A stretch of 64,000 bases of DNA from an uncultured Verrucomicrobiae bacterium (lineage in GTDB: Bacteria > Verrucomicrobiota > Verrucomicrobiia > Chthoniobacterales > JAATET01). Within the stretch, counting starts at the first letter, position 1. The number at the start of each line of letters is the position of its first letter. A program made the position numbers and the translations under genes. Location of the stretch: positions 736,001-800,000 of the forward strand of contig CAVRCI010000002.1 in NCBI GenBank assembly GCA_963719495.1, written 5' to 3'. Under the pieces are notes generated by a model. It ran no database searches. It was not told the origin of the DNA and worked only from the letters and a program-made list of their open reading frames with translations. Of this stretch, positions 41,843-52,158 are shown one piece after another.

Positions 41843-43408
41843 TCAGACTCCCCGGGGGGCGACCAGGCGCTCGACGCGGCCGAGGACGAGGTCGACGGCG
41901 ATCGCCAGGAGAGCGGCGGGGATGGCTCCGGTGAGGATGAGGTTGGCGTCGTTGAGTTGGAGACCGGTGAGGATGGGCTCGCCGAGGCCGCCCGCTCCGA
42001 CGAAGGCGGCGAGGGTGGCGACGCCGACTCCGATAACGGTCGACGTGCGGACGCCGGCCATGATCGTGGGGGTGGCGAGGGGGAACTGGACGATTCGGAG
42101 GACTTGGAAGCGGGTGAGACCCATGCCGCGGGCGGCTTCGAGGAGGTCGGCGTCGACGCCGTTGATGCCGGTGAACGTGTTGCGAACGATGGGGAGGAGG
42201 GCGTAGAGGAAGAGAGCGGCGATGGCGGCCGGGAAGCCGAGGCCGAGGATCGGGATCATGAGTGCGAGGAGGGCGAGACTGGGAATCGTCTGAATGACGC
42301 CAGTGGTCCAGAGGACGGGCGGGGCGAGCCGACGCCAGTGAATGATGGCGATGCCGAGCGGAACGCCGACCGCGCAGGCGAGGAGGACGGAAAGGCCGGT
42401 GAGTTGGAGGTGCTCCCAGGTGAGCCGGGCCGTGACGCCAGCGCGCGAGAGCATGAGGGGTCCGAAACCGCGGGCGCGGGGAGCGGTGGATGCGACTTTG
42501 GGTGCTTCGGAACGGGCGTCGAGGTCGGCGAGTCGGCCGCTCGCGCGGAGGGTGAGAAACTCGGTGGCGACGTCGGCGACGCTGCGACCGCGGCCTTCGA
42601 CTTCGGCGTTGAGTTGGCGCACGCGGGCGTCGGGGAGGGTGAACGCGAGTCCGGCGAGGGCGGGTGCGATCTCGGGGTGGCGGGCGAGGATTTCGGAGCG
42701 AACGAGGGGGGCGGAATTGTAGGCGGGGAAGAATTGGCGATCGTCGAGGAGGACGCGGAGGTCGAGTTCGGCGAGTTTGCCGTCGGTGTTGTAGACGTCG
42801 ATGAGGTCGAGCTGGCCGGCGGCAATGGCGGGGTAGGCGAGGCCGTGCTCGATGCCGCGGATGTCCGGGAAAGTGAGTTCGTAGGCGGCGCGGAGGCCCG
42901 GCCAGCCGTCGGGACGGTTGAGGAATTCGTGCCCGAATCCGGCGCGGAGGTCGGGGTGGTCGGCCAGGTCGGAGATGCGGGTGATGCCGAGGGCCTCGGC
43001 CTGCTCGTCCCGCATGGCGAGGGCGTAGGTGTTGTTGGCGCCGAAGGGAGCGAGCCAGGTGAGGTCGAAGCGGTCGGTGAACTCGGTCCGGACGCGGTGG
43101 AGCGTGCGCATCGGGTCGCCGGTGGGCGATTCCTCGAGGATGGCGACGAGGCCGGTGCCGGTGTATTCGGCGTAGAGGTCGAGGGCTCCCTCCTGGAGCG
43201 CGGAGAAACAGATCATGGTCCCGCCGAGGCCGAGGCGGCGTTCGACGGTGAGGTCGGTCTCGGTCTCGATGACCTGCGCCATAATTTCGCCGAGGAGGCG
43301 AGATTCGGTGAAGTTTTTCGATCCGACGACGATCGAGTCGGATTGGGCGGTGGCGGTCGCGAGCACGCCGAACAGGGTGGCAATGAGCAGGGTGGCGATG
43401 CGGAGCAT
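41843..43408 (-). CDS. Glycine betaine/osmoprotectant-type ABC transporter, fused substrate-binding protein and permease
   Basis: VGSKNFTES, YAEYTGTG, NNTYALA, TDG; QTIPSLAL, AARGMG, VGAGGLG; start could be 43429. Confidence 0.92.
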   Translation of the reverse strand: MLRIATLLIATLFGVLATATAQSDSIVVGSKNFTESRLLGEIMAQVIETETDLTVERRLGLGGTMICFSALQEGALDLYAEYTGTGLVAILEESPTGDPMRTLHRVRTEFTDRFDLTWLAPFGANNTYALAMRDEQAEALGITRISDLADHPDLRAGFGHEFLNRPDGWPGLRAAYELTFPDIRGIEHGLAYPAIAAGQLDLIDVYNTDGKLAELDLRVLLDDRQFFPAYNSAPLVRSEILARHPEIAPALAGLAFTLPDARVRQLNAEVEGRGRSVADVATEFLTLRASGRLADLDARSEAPKVASTAPRARGFGPLMLSRAGVTARLTWEHLQLTGLSVLLACAVGVPLGIAIIHWRRLAPPVLWTTGVIQTIPSLALLALMIPILGLGFPAAIAALFLYALLPIVRNTFTGINGVDADLLEAARGMGLTRFQVLRIVQFPLATPTIMAGVRTSTVIGVGVATLAAFVGAGGLGEPILTGLQLNDANLILTGAIPAALLAIAVDLVLGRVERLVAPRGV

Positions 43409-43425
43409 GGGATAATTCTTAACGA

Positions 43426-44178
43426 TCAATTCGCCGTGCCGACTTGGGTCTTGATGAACTCGCGAACGAAATCGTTGGCGGGATTTTCGCGGAGATCGGA
43501 TTCGGTGCCGAGCTGGACGAGGCGACCGCGGTCCATGATGGCGACGCGGTCGCCGAGGTCGAAGGCTTCGGCGAGATCGTGGGTGACGAGGATGACGGTC
43601 TTACCGACTTTGGCCTGGAGGTCGCGGAATTCGGCGTGGAGCTGGCCGCGGGTGATCGGGTCGAGCGCGCCGAAGGGTTCGTCCATCAGAATGGTGTCCG
43701 GGTCGAGGGCGAGCGCGCGGGCCACGCCGATGCGCTGACGCTGACCGCCGGAGAGCTCGCGCGGGAGGCGGTGGGCGAACTCGGCGGGCGGAAGGCCGAC
43801 GAGTCCGAGCAGGTCGTGAACGCGGTCGCGGGTGCGGGGTTTTTCCCAGCCCTCGAGGTCGCAGAGGAGGCCGACGTTGCGACCAACGGTGAGGTGGGGG
43901 AAGAGCCCGCCGCTCTGGATGACGTAACCGATGCGTCGGCGGAGCGCGATCTCGTCGAGGTCACGGACGTTGGTCCCGCCGAGCAGAATCGTGCCACCGG
44001 AGGGTTCGATGAGACGATTGATCATCTTCATGACCGTCGTCTTGCCGGAGCCGCTGGTTCCGATGAGGCAGAGGGTCTCGTGCTCTTGGATCGTGAAGCT
44101 CACGCGGTCGACGGCAACGACAGCGTCGGAGCCGCGATGGGCGGGGAAGGTCTTGGAGATGTCGCGGAGTTCGATCAT
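43426..44178 (-). CDS. Osmoprotectant-type ABC transporter ATP-binding protein
   Basis: GTSGSGKT, LSGGQRQR, MDEPFGALDPITR. Confidence 0.93.
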   Translation of the reverse strand: MIELRDISKTFPAHRGSDAVVAVDRVSFTIQEHETLCLIGTSGSGKTTVMKMINRLIEPSGGTILLGGTNVRDLDEIALRRRIGYVIQSGGLFPHLTVGRNVGLLCDLEGWEKPRTRDRVHDLLGLVGLPPAEFAHRLPRELSGGQRQRIGVARALALDPDTILMDEPFGALDPITRGQLHAEFRDLQAKVGKTVILVTHDLAEAFDLGDRVAIMDRGRLVQLGTESDLRENPANDFVREFIKTQVGTAN

Positions 44179-44438
44179 GGGGCGGGTTTAGCGGTGGGGC
44201 TTTGAGGGGCGGCGGACGAATCGAGCCCCGAAGTGAATGGTAGCAAGTGTCGCCGTGGGCTGGCGAGGCGCCTCCTTCGGCGGGTTCATCGACAACCAAT
44301 TCTTCATGGGTCGACAAGGTTTGGACGGCCAGATACATCAAATTGAAAGGCCTGCTTCCTCGACGAATATGCAGAATCTCTGAGGCAATACACGCCATCG
44401 GCGTCGATTTTGGACGAAAGTAGCCTTGGGTAATCGGC

Positions 44439-44966
44439 TTATTTCGGGAGCGCGCCGGTGATCAAAAATTCTACGAAGCGAATTCGGGTCAGCTTCTCCA
44501 CCGATTCCGACTCAAGGCCGTCGCTGGAACTCTTCATGATCTCAAAGAAGACGGAACCCGGGCTTTCGATGCCGGCGGCTTCTGCTGATTTCACGGTCAA
44601 GGCCCGCGTGCCACGTTGAAGGGTTTCCGCCCAAGTCTCCCGACTTGAGATCACGCGGTCATAAAGAACGTCACCGGCTGAAAAATCGAAGAGCGCGCCC
44701 TGAGTCCAAATCATTTCGACAACCCCCTTCGCTTCTTTCGCGTCCTTCTTGAATACGCGTTGTGTCATCCGAATATCGAGAGCGGTCTTGAAAAATTTAC
44801 TGACAGGAAATGCCCACCCAACAGCGTAACCTTTCTCGAAATCGGAGAATATCTCCGTCAATCGCTTGCTGCTTTGGCACGCTCGTTGGAGAAGCTCCAG
44901 CGATCTTTGTTGATCTGGATTCAGCGAGGCAGGCGATTGGGTATTGAATTCTAGTTGGTCAGTCAT
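44439..44966 (-). CDS. Hypothetical protein (lower GC)
   Basis: 175-aa ORF; ATGA overlap with the BRCT gene. Confidence 0.6.
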   Translation of the reverse strand: MTDQLEFNTQSPASLNPDQQRSLELLQRACQSSKRLTEIFSDFEKGYAVGWAFPVSKFFKTALDIRMTQRVFKKDAKEAKGVVEMIWTQGALFDFSAGDVLYDRVISSRETWAETLQRGTRALTVKSAEAAGIESPGSVFFEIMKSSSDGLESESVEKLTRIRFVEFLITGALPK

Positions 44967-45601
44967 CGAAGGAAGCGAGTAAAGGTCTCTTCGCTAATGA
45001 TCGAAAGCTCCGATCCAGCGTTCCGTAGTTCGATCCCACGTTCGATTTTCGTTCCATAGTTGGAATACTTCCAATCCCGGCTGACAAAATGCCCGATGAC
45101 GAGGTAGCGAGTGGCGTGACGAGGCGTGCTGCTATGTTTTCCGCCCCTGGCGACGATAGCCTCCACAACCTTTGCTCGTGTTCCCAAGGCGAAGCGTCCG
45201 GTTGTGCAGAATTCAGAATTGAAGCTGAGTGCCGGAGGTTGGGGGGCGCAAAGTGGCAGTCGCGTCGAAGGGCTCTTTGCTTGCGGCGAGAAGGTCTGTT
45301 CAACTTCACCGCCAATGATCATCTCCAATATCGCCTGAAGCTCCTTAAATTCCTCGTCCGTTACGACTTCGTCCTCAAATACTTTTCCAACTCGGTCGGA
45401 TATTTCAGAGAACGGCCAAATTCCCTCCACCTCACGATACCTCGAGACCCAGTTGCGAAAAACATTTGCCTCAGCCCGATTGACTTCACCGTCCGCAAGG
45501 ATTCCCTCGCAGAGGCCGCGCAATTGGTCGAAGGCTTTTGAAACGCAGTTGTCCCACGAAGCTTTCGATCGGACAATCGGTTGCCCGTCAGAATCCCGCA
45601 A
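44963..45601 (-). CDS. BRCT-domain protein with a TerB-like N-terminal helical region
   Basis: LRGLCEGILADGEVNRAEA; FCTTGRF..GTR…YLVIG…WKYSNYGTKIERG. Confidence 0.8.
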   Translation of the reverse strand: MRDSDGQPIVRSKASWDNCVSKAFDQLRGLCEGILADGEVNRAEANVFRNWVSRYREVEGIWPFSEISDRVGKVFEDEVVTDEEFKELQAILEMIIGGEVEQTFSPQAKSPSTRLPLCAPQPPALSFNSEFCTTGRFALGTRAKVVEAIVARGGKHSSTPRHATRYLVIGHFVSRDWKYSNYGTKIERGIELRNAGSELSIISEETFTRFLR

Positions 45602-46139
45602 ATACGAGTCGTCGTTACTTATTTAGAGAGTCTATTTCCTGGGCATTTTTCCGAGAGGGGAAAGAGTGCGGGAACTTCGAAAGGTTCGTCAACTATGATC
45701 AGCTTCTGCTCGCCACCCTTCGGGAAATCGACGGATTCGAGTGGAGCTTATCCGGGCCGCCCTGCCCACCGGTGAGGATGTCTTGTCAAACCTCCGATAC
45801 GATCTGCCAGTTGGACGAGGAGACGCAGAATTCATCCCGATCTCTTATAGCCTGAATTCGATCAAACAGGCGCCGGACTCGATGCGGTTATTGATGTCGG
45901 GTCAGAGCGGCAACAACCGCGATCTCAAACAGCGATTCGATGGGTTGGTGATCCTACGCCAGATGATGAGTGGGAAGGATCGGTGGCGAGGGAGCGGTCA
46001 GCGAAATTGTGAGCTTTGGTGATGATGCCCGCCTGACCGGACAGTGGCCGATTCCTAACATCCGAGTCTTCGGCTTCGCGAAGCCCGGGGGTTTGAACCG
46101 ACTTCTCGTCGCTCAACAGTCGGTCTTCCACGCTGACCC

Positions 46140-46419
46140 GAATGGCACTGCTTTAAGCGGTTCGTCGGCGGAAAACGGGTTACTGGTTCACCGGATGACT
46201 TGAGTCCAAACTGGCTTATTTACCCTCGCAGGGCAGTTGCGCGCAGTGTGCAGAAAGTCAGAGATTCTTCGGATTACCTCAGAATGACAGCTTGGGGGGA
46301 CGGGAGACATTCGTTGCGAAGCAACGTCTTCGTCCAAACCTGTCATCCTGAATGCAATGAAGGATCTCTGACTTTTCAGGACGAGAGCGGTCGAAAACTC
46401 GCTTAAAACAGTGCCATTC
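46140..46419. mobile_element. 280-bp MITE with IS4-type ends
   Basis: TIRs GAATGGCACTGCTTTAAGCG / CGCTTAAAACAGTGCCATTC; perfect 11-bp DR CACGCTGACCC; internal hairpin pair 46257-46372. Confidence 0.92.
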
Positions 46420-46574
46420 CACGCTGACCCATTTGGTGCGCGATGCCCGGGACGCTTCGCTGGCGATCAGTCAAAGGTAAGTCTGGGTCTTCGGCTGCAG
46501 CCGGGCGATTCGTGAAAACACCGCTGTTTTTCGCGCTGCCGCCAACCGAGGATTCGACGCGCTGCGGCTACAGA

Positions 46575-46603
46575 TTGACAGCAACCCAGTAACCCAGCAA
46601 AAT
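46575..46603 (+). promoter_or_regulatory. Sigma70-like promoter of the TA operon with possible operator repeats
   Basis: TTGACA-17bp-CAAAAT ending 6 bp before the ATG; spacer holds AACCCAG twice. Confidence 0.6.
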
Positions 46604-46609
46604 TGCACA

Positions 46610-46912
46610 ATGAAAGCGACCTTCGATCTGCCGCCGGGTCTGGTGCGGGAAATGAAGCTTCGCGCGGTTCATGAGGGCCGAAAGCTCAAGGATCTCGCCG
46701 CAGACCTTCTGGAGCGAGGGCTCGCGACTCGGCAGAGTTCCGCGCCACCGGAACCCTCCAAGCCCCGGATCGAGATTCAGCCCAACGGAGTCCCGGTGGT
46801 TCGTTGTGGCGAGCGGGCTCCCGCAAGCCATATGAAGGTCGAAGAATTGCTCCGTTTGGAGCAGACCGCCGTCCACCAGGAGGATCTCCAGCGCCTTGGC
46901 CATTCTTTTTGA
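46610..46912 (+). CDS. Antitoxin (ribbon-helix-helix type, VapB-like)
   Basis: MKATFDLPPGLVREMKLRAVHEGRKLKDL; overlaps the PIN gene. Confidence 0.8.
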   Translation: MKATFDLPPGLVREMKLRAVHEGRKLKDLAADLLERGLATRQSSAPPEPSKPRIEIQPNGVPVVRCGERAPASHMKVEELLRLEQTAVHQEDLQRLGHSF

Positions 46913-47342
46913 TTCGAACGTCTGGGTGGCACTCACGTTTTCCGCCCACCCGCATCACTCCCTCGCTCTGCGGGAGTTCGCGACCGCAACCGCCGGAAAT
47001 CCGGTTTGTTTCTGCCGATCAACCCAGCAGAGTTTCCTGCGTCTCGCGACCACCCCAGCTCTGCTTCGCGCTTACGCTGCCGAAGGGTTCACCAATCGCG
47101 ATGCGTTGAGCGTTGTGGATTCGCTCTCCAAACTTCCCACCGTGAAGCTGCTTGCCGAGCCGACAGACTTGGAATCAGCCTGGCATCGCATCGCCAACCT
47201 GCCCTCGGCCTCGCCGAAGGTCTGGATGGATGCCTACCTCGCCGCGTTCGCCATCGGTCACGATGCCGAGTTCGTCACGCTGGACAAGGATTTCCAATCG
47301 CTCGTGAAACACGGATTGAAATTGCGGCTGCTTTCTCCGTGA
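46896..47342 (+). CDS. VapC-family PIN toxin
   Basis: LFDSNVWVAL, WMDAYLAAFA, VTLDKDF. Confidence 0.88.
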   Translation: MAILFDSNVWVALTFSAHPHHSLALREFATATAGNPVCFCRSTQQSFLRLATTPALLRAYAAEGFTNRDALSVVDSLSKLPTVKLLAEPTDLESAWHRIANLPSASPKVWMDAYLAAFAIGHDAEFVTLDKDFQSLVKHGLKLRLLSP

Positions 47343-47487
47343 GTCGGACCAAACGCTGTGCCTGGTCGGACTCGCGCGAACGTTTGGAGAATACGTCGAA
47401 AAGGAGGTTTTTCGCGGCTTTGGGCGAGAGCCCTGATATTTGCTGGAACTGATGTGAGTTGGCCGCCGCGTCATAACGAACTCAGTG

Positions 47488-47586
47488 AATAATGAGACTC
47501 ACGCGAAGCCGCGAAGGCGCGAAGAACACGTCGTTATTTGAGACCATTTCGCGCCTTCGCGCCTTCGCGTGAGAATCCAAATATTT
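47488..47586. repeat. About 100-bp palindromic REPIN-like unit (CTCACGCGAAG arms)
   Basis: rc similar to 54057-54150 and 56932-57033, including the spacer. Confidence 0.8.
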
Positions 47587-47723
47587 GTTAGAAACGATAT
47601 CGGTCGCTCGTCCCGCGCGGGTCCGGCGCACGAATCCGCATTTCACGCGCACGCTCCAGTCTTGCCGCGTCGGTTCGCGTGAATTGGCCGTCCCGGATTC
47701 TTCCTCTGGTCGGGGATTCGGTT

Positions 47724-48464
47724 TCAGCTCGTTGCCTCGCAGACGGGCCAGATGGTGAGTTGGTCGACGTTGACTCGTTTGGGGAGGCGGAGGCAGGTGA
47801 TGGCCAGCTCCGCGAGGTCGGAGGGTTGGATGCGGTCTTCGCGGGGCCAGGGCATGGAGTTTTCGCCGCCGGCGAGTTGGGACCAGGCGGTGTTGACGGC
47901 GGCGGGGCAAAGGCAGTGGACCCGGATGCCGTGGGTGCGGATTTCTTCGTAGAGGGATTTCGAAAATCCGAGGACCCCGTATTTAGCAGCGGCGTAGCTG
48001 GCGTATTGCGGGAAAGGGAGGACGGAGCAAATGGAGCCGACGTTGAGGATGAAGCCGTGGCGACGGGATTTCATGGTCCCGACGACGGCGCGGCTGCCGT
48101 AGATGACGCCCTTGAGGTTGACGTCGATCTGGAGGTCGATTTCCTCGGCGCTGGTATCGTCGAGGGGTTTGGCGACGGCGTTGCCGGCGTTGTTGACGAG
48201 GATGTCGACCTGGCCGAAGTGGTCGAGGGCGCGGGCGACGAGGCGGTCGCAGTCGGCGGCTTTGGAGACGTCGGTGGGGACGGTGATGGCTTCGGTGCCG
48301 GGCGGGAGTTTGGTGAGGAGTTTCTGGAGTTTGTCTTCGCGGCGGGCGGCGAGGACGAGGCGCATGCCTTCGGCGGCAAAGCGTTCGGCCATGCCCCAGC
48401 CGATGCCGGAGGAGGCTCCGGTGATGATGGCGACTTGGTTGGTGAGGGTTTCGGGTTCGTTCAT
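47724..48464 (-). CDS. Short-chain dehydrogenase/reductase
   Basis: TGASSGIG, ARR (NADP-preferring), NNAG, YAAAK. Confidence 0.95.
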   Translation of the reverse strand: MNEPETLTNQVAIITGASSGIGWGMAERFAAEGMRLVLAARREDKLQKLLTKLPPGTEAITVPTDVSKAADCDRLVARALDHFGQVDILVNNAGNAVAKPLDDTSAEEIDLQIDVNLKGVIYGSRAVVGTMKSRRHGFILNVGSICSVLPFPQYASYAAAKYGVLGFSKSLYEEIRTHGIRVHCLCPAAVNTAWSQLAGGENSMPWPREDRIQPSDLAELAITCLRLPKRVNVDQLTIWPVCEATS

Positions 48465-48574
48465 AAGCCTGTTGGGAGGAGTGAATAGTTGAGAGTTAGC
48501 AGTTGAGAGTTTGAGATGGGCAACGCGGACCGGACCGTTGAGTCCTCAGGCATTCGACTCTCAACTAGGAACTC

Positions 48575-49966
48575 TCAACTTCCTTTCTTCGAGAAGAGCG
48601 TGCGGGCGGCGACGAGGGCGGGGGCTTCGCCTTGGGCGAAGATGGTGCGGGCTTCGCGGGCGGGGTTGGTGCGGGCGGCGAAGCGGGCACGGAGTGGATC
48701 GAGGTGGCGCTCTTCGTCGAGGCCGCGGCGGCGGAGGCCGAGGTTGGCGACGTCGAGCATTTGGGTGATCAAGTCGGTGACCGGACGATCGCCAACCCGG
48801 GCGTCGAGGCCGTGGCGGTAGGCGTCGGGGCGGGCCCGGGTGAGGTCGGGCCAATCCCAGGCGGCGAGGGCTTCCCCGGCCTCGGGGAGGGCGGCGGTGA
48901 GACCGGTCGTGAGCGCGGCGGGGAGGAGAAGGTCGGTGGGAGGTTGCTGGTCGTTGACGCGGTTTTCGACGGTGAAGTAGCGGGAGATGCGGGCGTTATA
49001 CCAGTAGCAGGAGTTGTGGAGATCGAGGTCGCCGGGCTCGGGGGAGACGCTGACCCGTCGAGGATTCTTGCGGTCATCGGTGGTGGCGAGTTGGGCGGGG
49101 TGCGACGGCGCTTCGAGAAATTCGCCGAAGGTCGGTGGGTCGGGGAAGGTTGGCTGGCCATCGGGGCGTCGGACGTAGAGGAGGTCGAGCTCGGCGATGG
49201 TGTCGGCGTAGTGGTCGAGGTCGGTGAAACGGTGGGGTGGGAGCCCGACGCGGCCGCGGGCGGGGGCCCACCAATCCCAGAACGCTTCGCTGACCATTTC
49301 GTGATCGGGGTCGACGGCGTTGCGCCAGACGCTGGAGTTGGCGTTGATCGCGATCTGCGCGGGGGCGAAGCCGTTGAGGACGTTGACCGCGGAGATGGCT
49401 TCGCCGGGCGGGAGGGAGACGTGGACGTGCGATCCGGCGTTGATGGTGAAGAGATCCATGTCGTCGCCGGTGCCGGGCGGGATGACTTCGTTGGATCGGA
49501 AAATTTCGCCCCAGACGCTGGCGCGTTTTTTCGTCATTCGGAGCTCGGGCGACGGCGGCGTGACCGGGTGAATGCCGCAGCCGAGGAAATGGCGGTCGGT
49601 GTGCTCGGTGAACTCGCGAAGGTCGGTGCGGAGGTCGGTGATCTGACGGTCGAGGGCGTGGAGGTCGGCGACGTGGGCGAGGGAGAATTCGACTTTGCAG
49701 TAGCCGGTCTCGGAGGAGCCGACGGTGTCGTTGCGTTCGCCGGGGCGGGTGGCTCCGATGAGGTGGCCTTCCTCGGTCTGCGGGGTCCACTCGCGATCAG
49801 CTAGGAAGCGCCAGAGGTGTTGGACGTCTTCGCGGGATGCGGCGGTGCCGTCGGGGGCGACGAGGGGGAATTTCAGTTCAGCCCCGAGGCGGGTGGAGCC
49901 GGGCTGGTCGAAGCGGGCGAGTCCGCGGGCGAAGGCCTCGCGGACCGGTGTGGAGTCAACCGTCAT
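48575..49966 (-). CDS. Glutamate-cysteine ligase (GCS2) family protein, divergent
   Basis: LGAELKF, SETGYCKVEFS, GCGIHP, AGSHVHVS, ANSS, WYNARI, TVENRVNDQQP. Confidence 0.8.
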   Translation of the reverse strand: MTVDSTPVREAFARGLARFDQPGSTRLGAELKFPLVAPDGTAASREDVQHLWRFLADREWTPQTEEGHLIGATRPGERNDTVGSSETGYCKVEFSLAHVADLHALDRQITDLRTDLREFTEHTDRHFLGCGIHPVTPPSPELRMTKKRASVWGEIFRSNEVIPPGTGDDMDLFTINAGSHVHVSLPPGEAISAVNVLNGFAPAQIAINANSSVWRNAVDPDHEMVSEAFWDWWAPARGRVGLPPHRFTDLDHYADTIAELDLLYVRRPDGQPTFPDPPTFGEFLEAPSHPAQLATTDDRKNPRRVSVSPEPGDLDLHNSCYWYNARISRYFTVENRVNDQQPPTDLLLPAALTTGLTAALPEAGEALAAWDWPDLTRARPDAYRHGLDARVGDRPVTDLITQMLDVANLGLRRRGLDEERHLDPLRARFAARTNPAREARTIFAQGEAPALVAARTLFSKKGS

Positions 49967-51245
49967 GAGGCTCGTCCCAGTTGCCCATGGCGTCGCCGTG
50001 GCCGCGGATGACGTAGCGCGGGATGGTGAGGTCTTCGAGGCCAATGGGGCCGCGGGCGTGGAGCCGGTCGGTGGAGATGCCGATCTCGGCTCCGAGACCA
50101 AGCGCCGCGCCGTCGTCGAACATGGTGGAGGCGTTGACGAGGGTGACGGCGGAGTCGACTTCGGTTTCGAACCGGCGGGCGCTGCCCTCGCTGTCGGTGA
50201 TGATCCTGTCGGTGTGGTGGGAGCCGTGGCGCTCGATGTGGGCGATGGCGGTGGCGAGGTCGGGGACGACGCGGATGGCCAGGGTGAGACCGAGGTATTC
50301 GGTGTCCCAATCGGCGTCGGTGGCGGCTTCGACGTCGGGGAGGACGGCTCGGGTTCGCTCGCAGCCGCGGAGGGTGACGCCCTGGCGCTGAAGGGCGGCG
50401 GCGATGGTGGGCAGGTGAGTGGCGGCGGCGGATTCGTGGACGAGAAGGGTCTCGAGGGCGTTGCAGACTTCGGGGAGGAGGCACTTGCTGTCGACGACGA
50501 TGCGGGTGGCGGCGGCGAGTGGGGCGGTGGCGTCGACGAAGGCGTGGCAGATGCCGTCCTCGTGTTTGAGGAGGGGGATTTTCGACTGCTCGCGGATGCG
50601 GCGGACCATGGGTTTGCTGCTGCGGGGGATGACGAGCGTGATGAGGTCGTCCATTTGCAGCAGCTCGCCGACTTCGTCGTGGGAGCATTGGACGACCTGA
50701 ATGGCGACGGGTGGGAGGTCGGCGGCGGCGAGCGATTGGGTCCAGAGGTCGGCCAGGGCGGCATTGGTGCGGGCGACTTCGGAGCCGCCGCGGAGGAGGC
50801 AGGCGTTGCCGGATTTCAGGCAGAAGGCACCGGCGTTGACGGTGACGTGGGGGCGAGCCTCGTAGATCATGAGGATGAGCCCGAGCGGGGTGCGGACGCG
50901 GCGGACGTCGAGGCCGCGGTCGGTGCGCCAGGCGCGGACGGGTTGGCCGACGGGGTCGGGCAGGGCGGCGATGTCGCGGAGGGCGTCGCGGCGGGAATCG
51001 ACCTTCGCGTTGTCGAAGCTGAGACGCTTGACGAGGGCGGTTGGGAGGTCGCGTTTGCGGGCGGCGTCGAGGTCGCCTTGATTGGCGGCGGTGAGCTGGT
51101 CTCGGTGGGTGTCGAGGAGGTCCCGGAGGTGGAGGAGCGCGTGGTTTTTTGCAGAGGTCGGGCTGCGGGCGAGGATGCGGGCGGCGGACGCACCCGCGTG
51201 GGCTGCTTCGAGAACGGAGGACGTGGTGGGTTGGTTGGGCGTCAT
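49956..51245 (-). CDS. proA: Gamma-glutamyl phosphate reductase
   Basis: PLGLILMIYEARP, LKSGNA..LRGGSE, GICH, CNALETLLVH, HGSHHTD, NAST.FDDG..GLGAEIGIST..LHARGP. Confidence 0.92.
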   Translation of the reverse strand: MTPNQPTTSSVLEAAHAGASAARILARSPTSAKNHALLHLRDLLDTHRDQLTAANQGDLDAARKRDLPTALVKRLSFDNAKVDSRRDALRDIAALPDPVGQPVRAWRTDRGLDVRRVRTPLGLILMIYEARPHVTVNAGAFCLKSGNACLLRGGSEVARTNAALADLWTQSLAAADLPPVAIQVVQCSHDEVGELLQMDDLITLVIPRSSKPMVRRIREQSKIPLLKHEDGICHAFVDATAPLAAATRIVVDSKCLLPEVCNALETLLVHESAAATHLPTIAAALQRQGVTLRGCERTRAVLPDVEAATDADWDTEYLGLTLAIRVVPDLATAIAHIERHGSHHTDRIITDSEGSARRFETEVDSAVTLVNASTMFDDGAALGLGAEIGISTDRLHARGPIGLEDLTIPRYVIRGHGDAMGNWDEPHDG

Positions 51246-52138
51246 TTTGGAGGAAGGAGGGCCGCGCGTTTTTCGAGGACCTGACTGCCGAGTCGCACGG
51301 TGATCTCGAGTTCGTCGATGAGGCGGAAGGGAAGGCGGTCGCGTTGGCGGGCGAGTCGTTGCCAATCGAGCGCGACGGTTTGGAAATCGCTTTCGTAGCG
51401 GGCGAGGCGGGCGATGAGGGCACCGTCGGGAGCGGCTACGTGGGACCCGCCGGTGAAAACGAGACCGCCCTCGGGACCGGCGATGTTCGTGCAGGCGACA
51501 TACATCGAGAGGGTGAGCGCGTGGGTTTGGTTGAGGCGTTCCCAGGCGGCCATGGTGTCGAAGGCGGGATCGAGTCCGCCCTCGGGGCTGGCGGTGAGCA
51601 CGAGGATGAGGTCGACGCCTTCGTGGGCGAGGAGGTAGGCGAGGGAGGGGTGCCAGGCGTCGGCGCAAATGAGCATGGCCAGACGGCCCCAGGGGGTGTC
51701 GAACGACCCGAGGTGCTGCCCGGCTTTGAAGCGCCGGCCTTCGTCGAAGCCGCCGTAATTGGGGAGGTAAAGTTTGCGGTGGACGTGCCAGATCTGCCCG
51801 GCGTGGAGGAAGGCGGCGCTGTTGTAGCATTCGCCGTTGGGTCCGTGTTCGGCGAATCCCACGGCGAGGGCGACCCGTTGCGAGGCTTCGAGGAGTGGTT
51901 TCCAGATGGGGTTGTCCAGCGAGATGGCGCTGTCGGCTTGCTCGAGCGGATCGACGAGGTAGCCGGTGAGGCAGAGTTCGGGGCAGAGAAGGATTCCCGC
52001 GCCGGCGGCGTGGGCCCGCTCGGCGTGGTCGAGGATCAGGCCCGCATTGTGGCCGGTGTCGTAGGTATGCGACGCGAATTGGGCGAGCGCGAGGGTCAGA
52101 TCGCGCTGCGGGGAGGGGATCGGCTCGGATGGCGCCAC
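51242..52138 (-). CDS. Carbon-nitrogen hydrolase (nitrilase superfamily), resembling the NadE glutaminase domain
   Basis: E-K-C triad: CPELCLTGY, HRKLYLPNYGGFDE, LICADAWHP. Confidence 0.9.
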   Translation of the reverse strand: MAPSEPIPSPQRDLTLALAQFASHTYDTGHNAGLILDHAERAHAAGAGILLCPELCLTGYLVDPLEQADSAISLDNPIWKPLLEASQRVALAVGFAEHGPNGECYNSAAFLHAGQIWHVHRKLYLPNYGGFDEGRRFKAGQHLGSFDTPWGRLAMLICADAWHPSLAYLLAHEGVDLILVLTASPEGGLDPAFDTMAAWERLNQTHALTLSMYVACTNIAGPEGGLVFTGGSHVAAPDGALIARLARYESDFQTVALDWQRLARQRDRLPFRLIDELEITVRLGSQVLEKRAALLPPK

Positions 52139-52158
52139 GGGCGATCCCTCGAGCAAAC

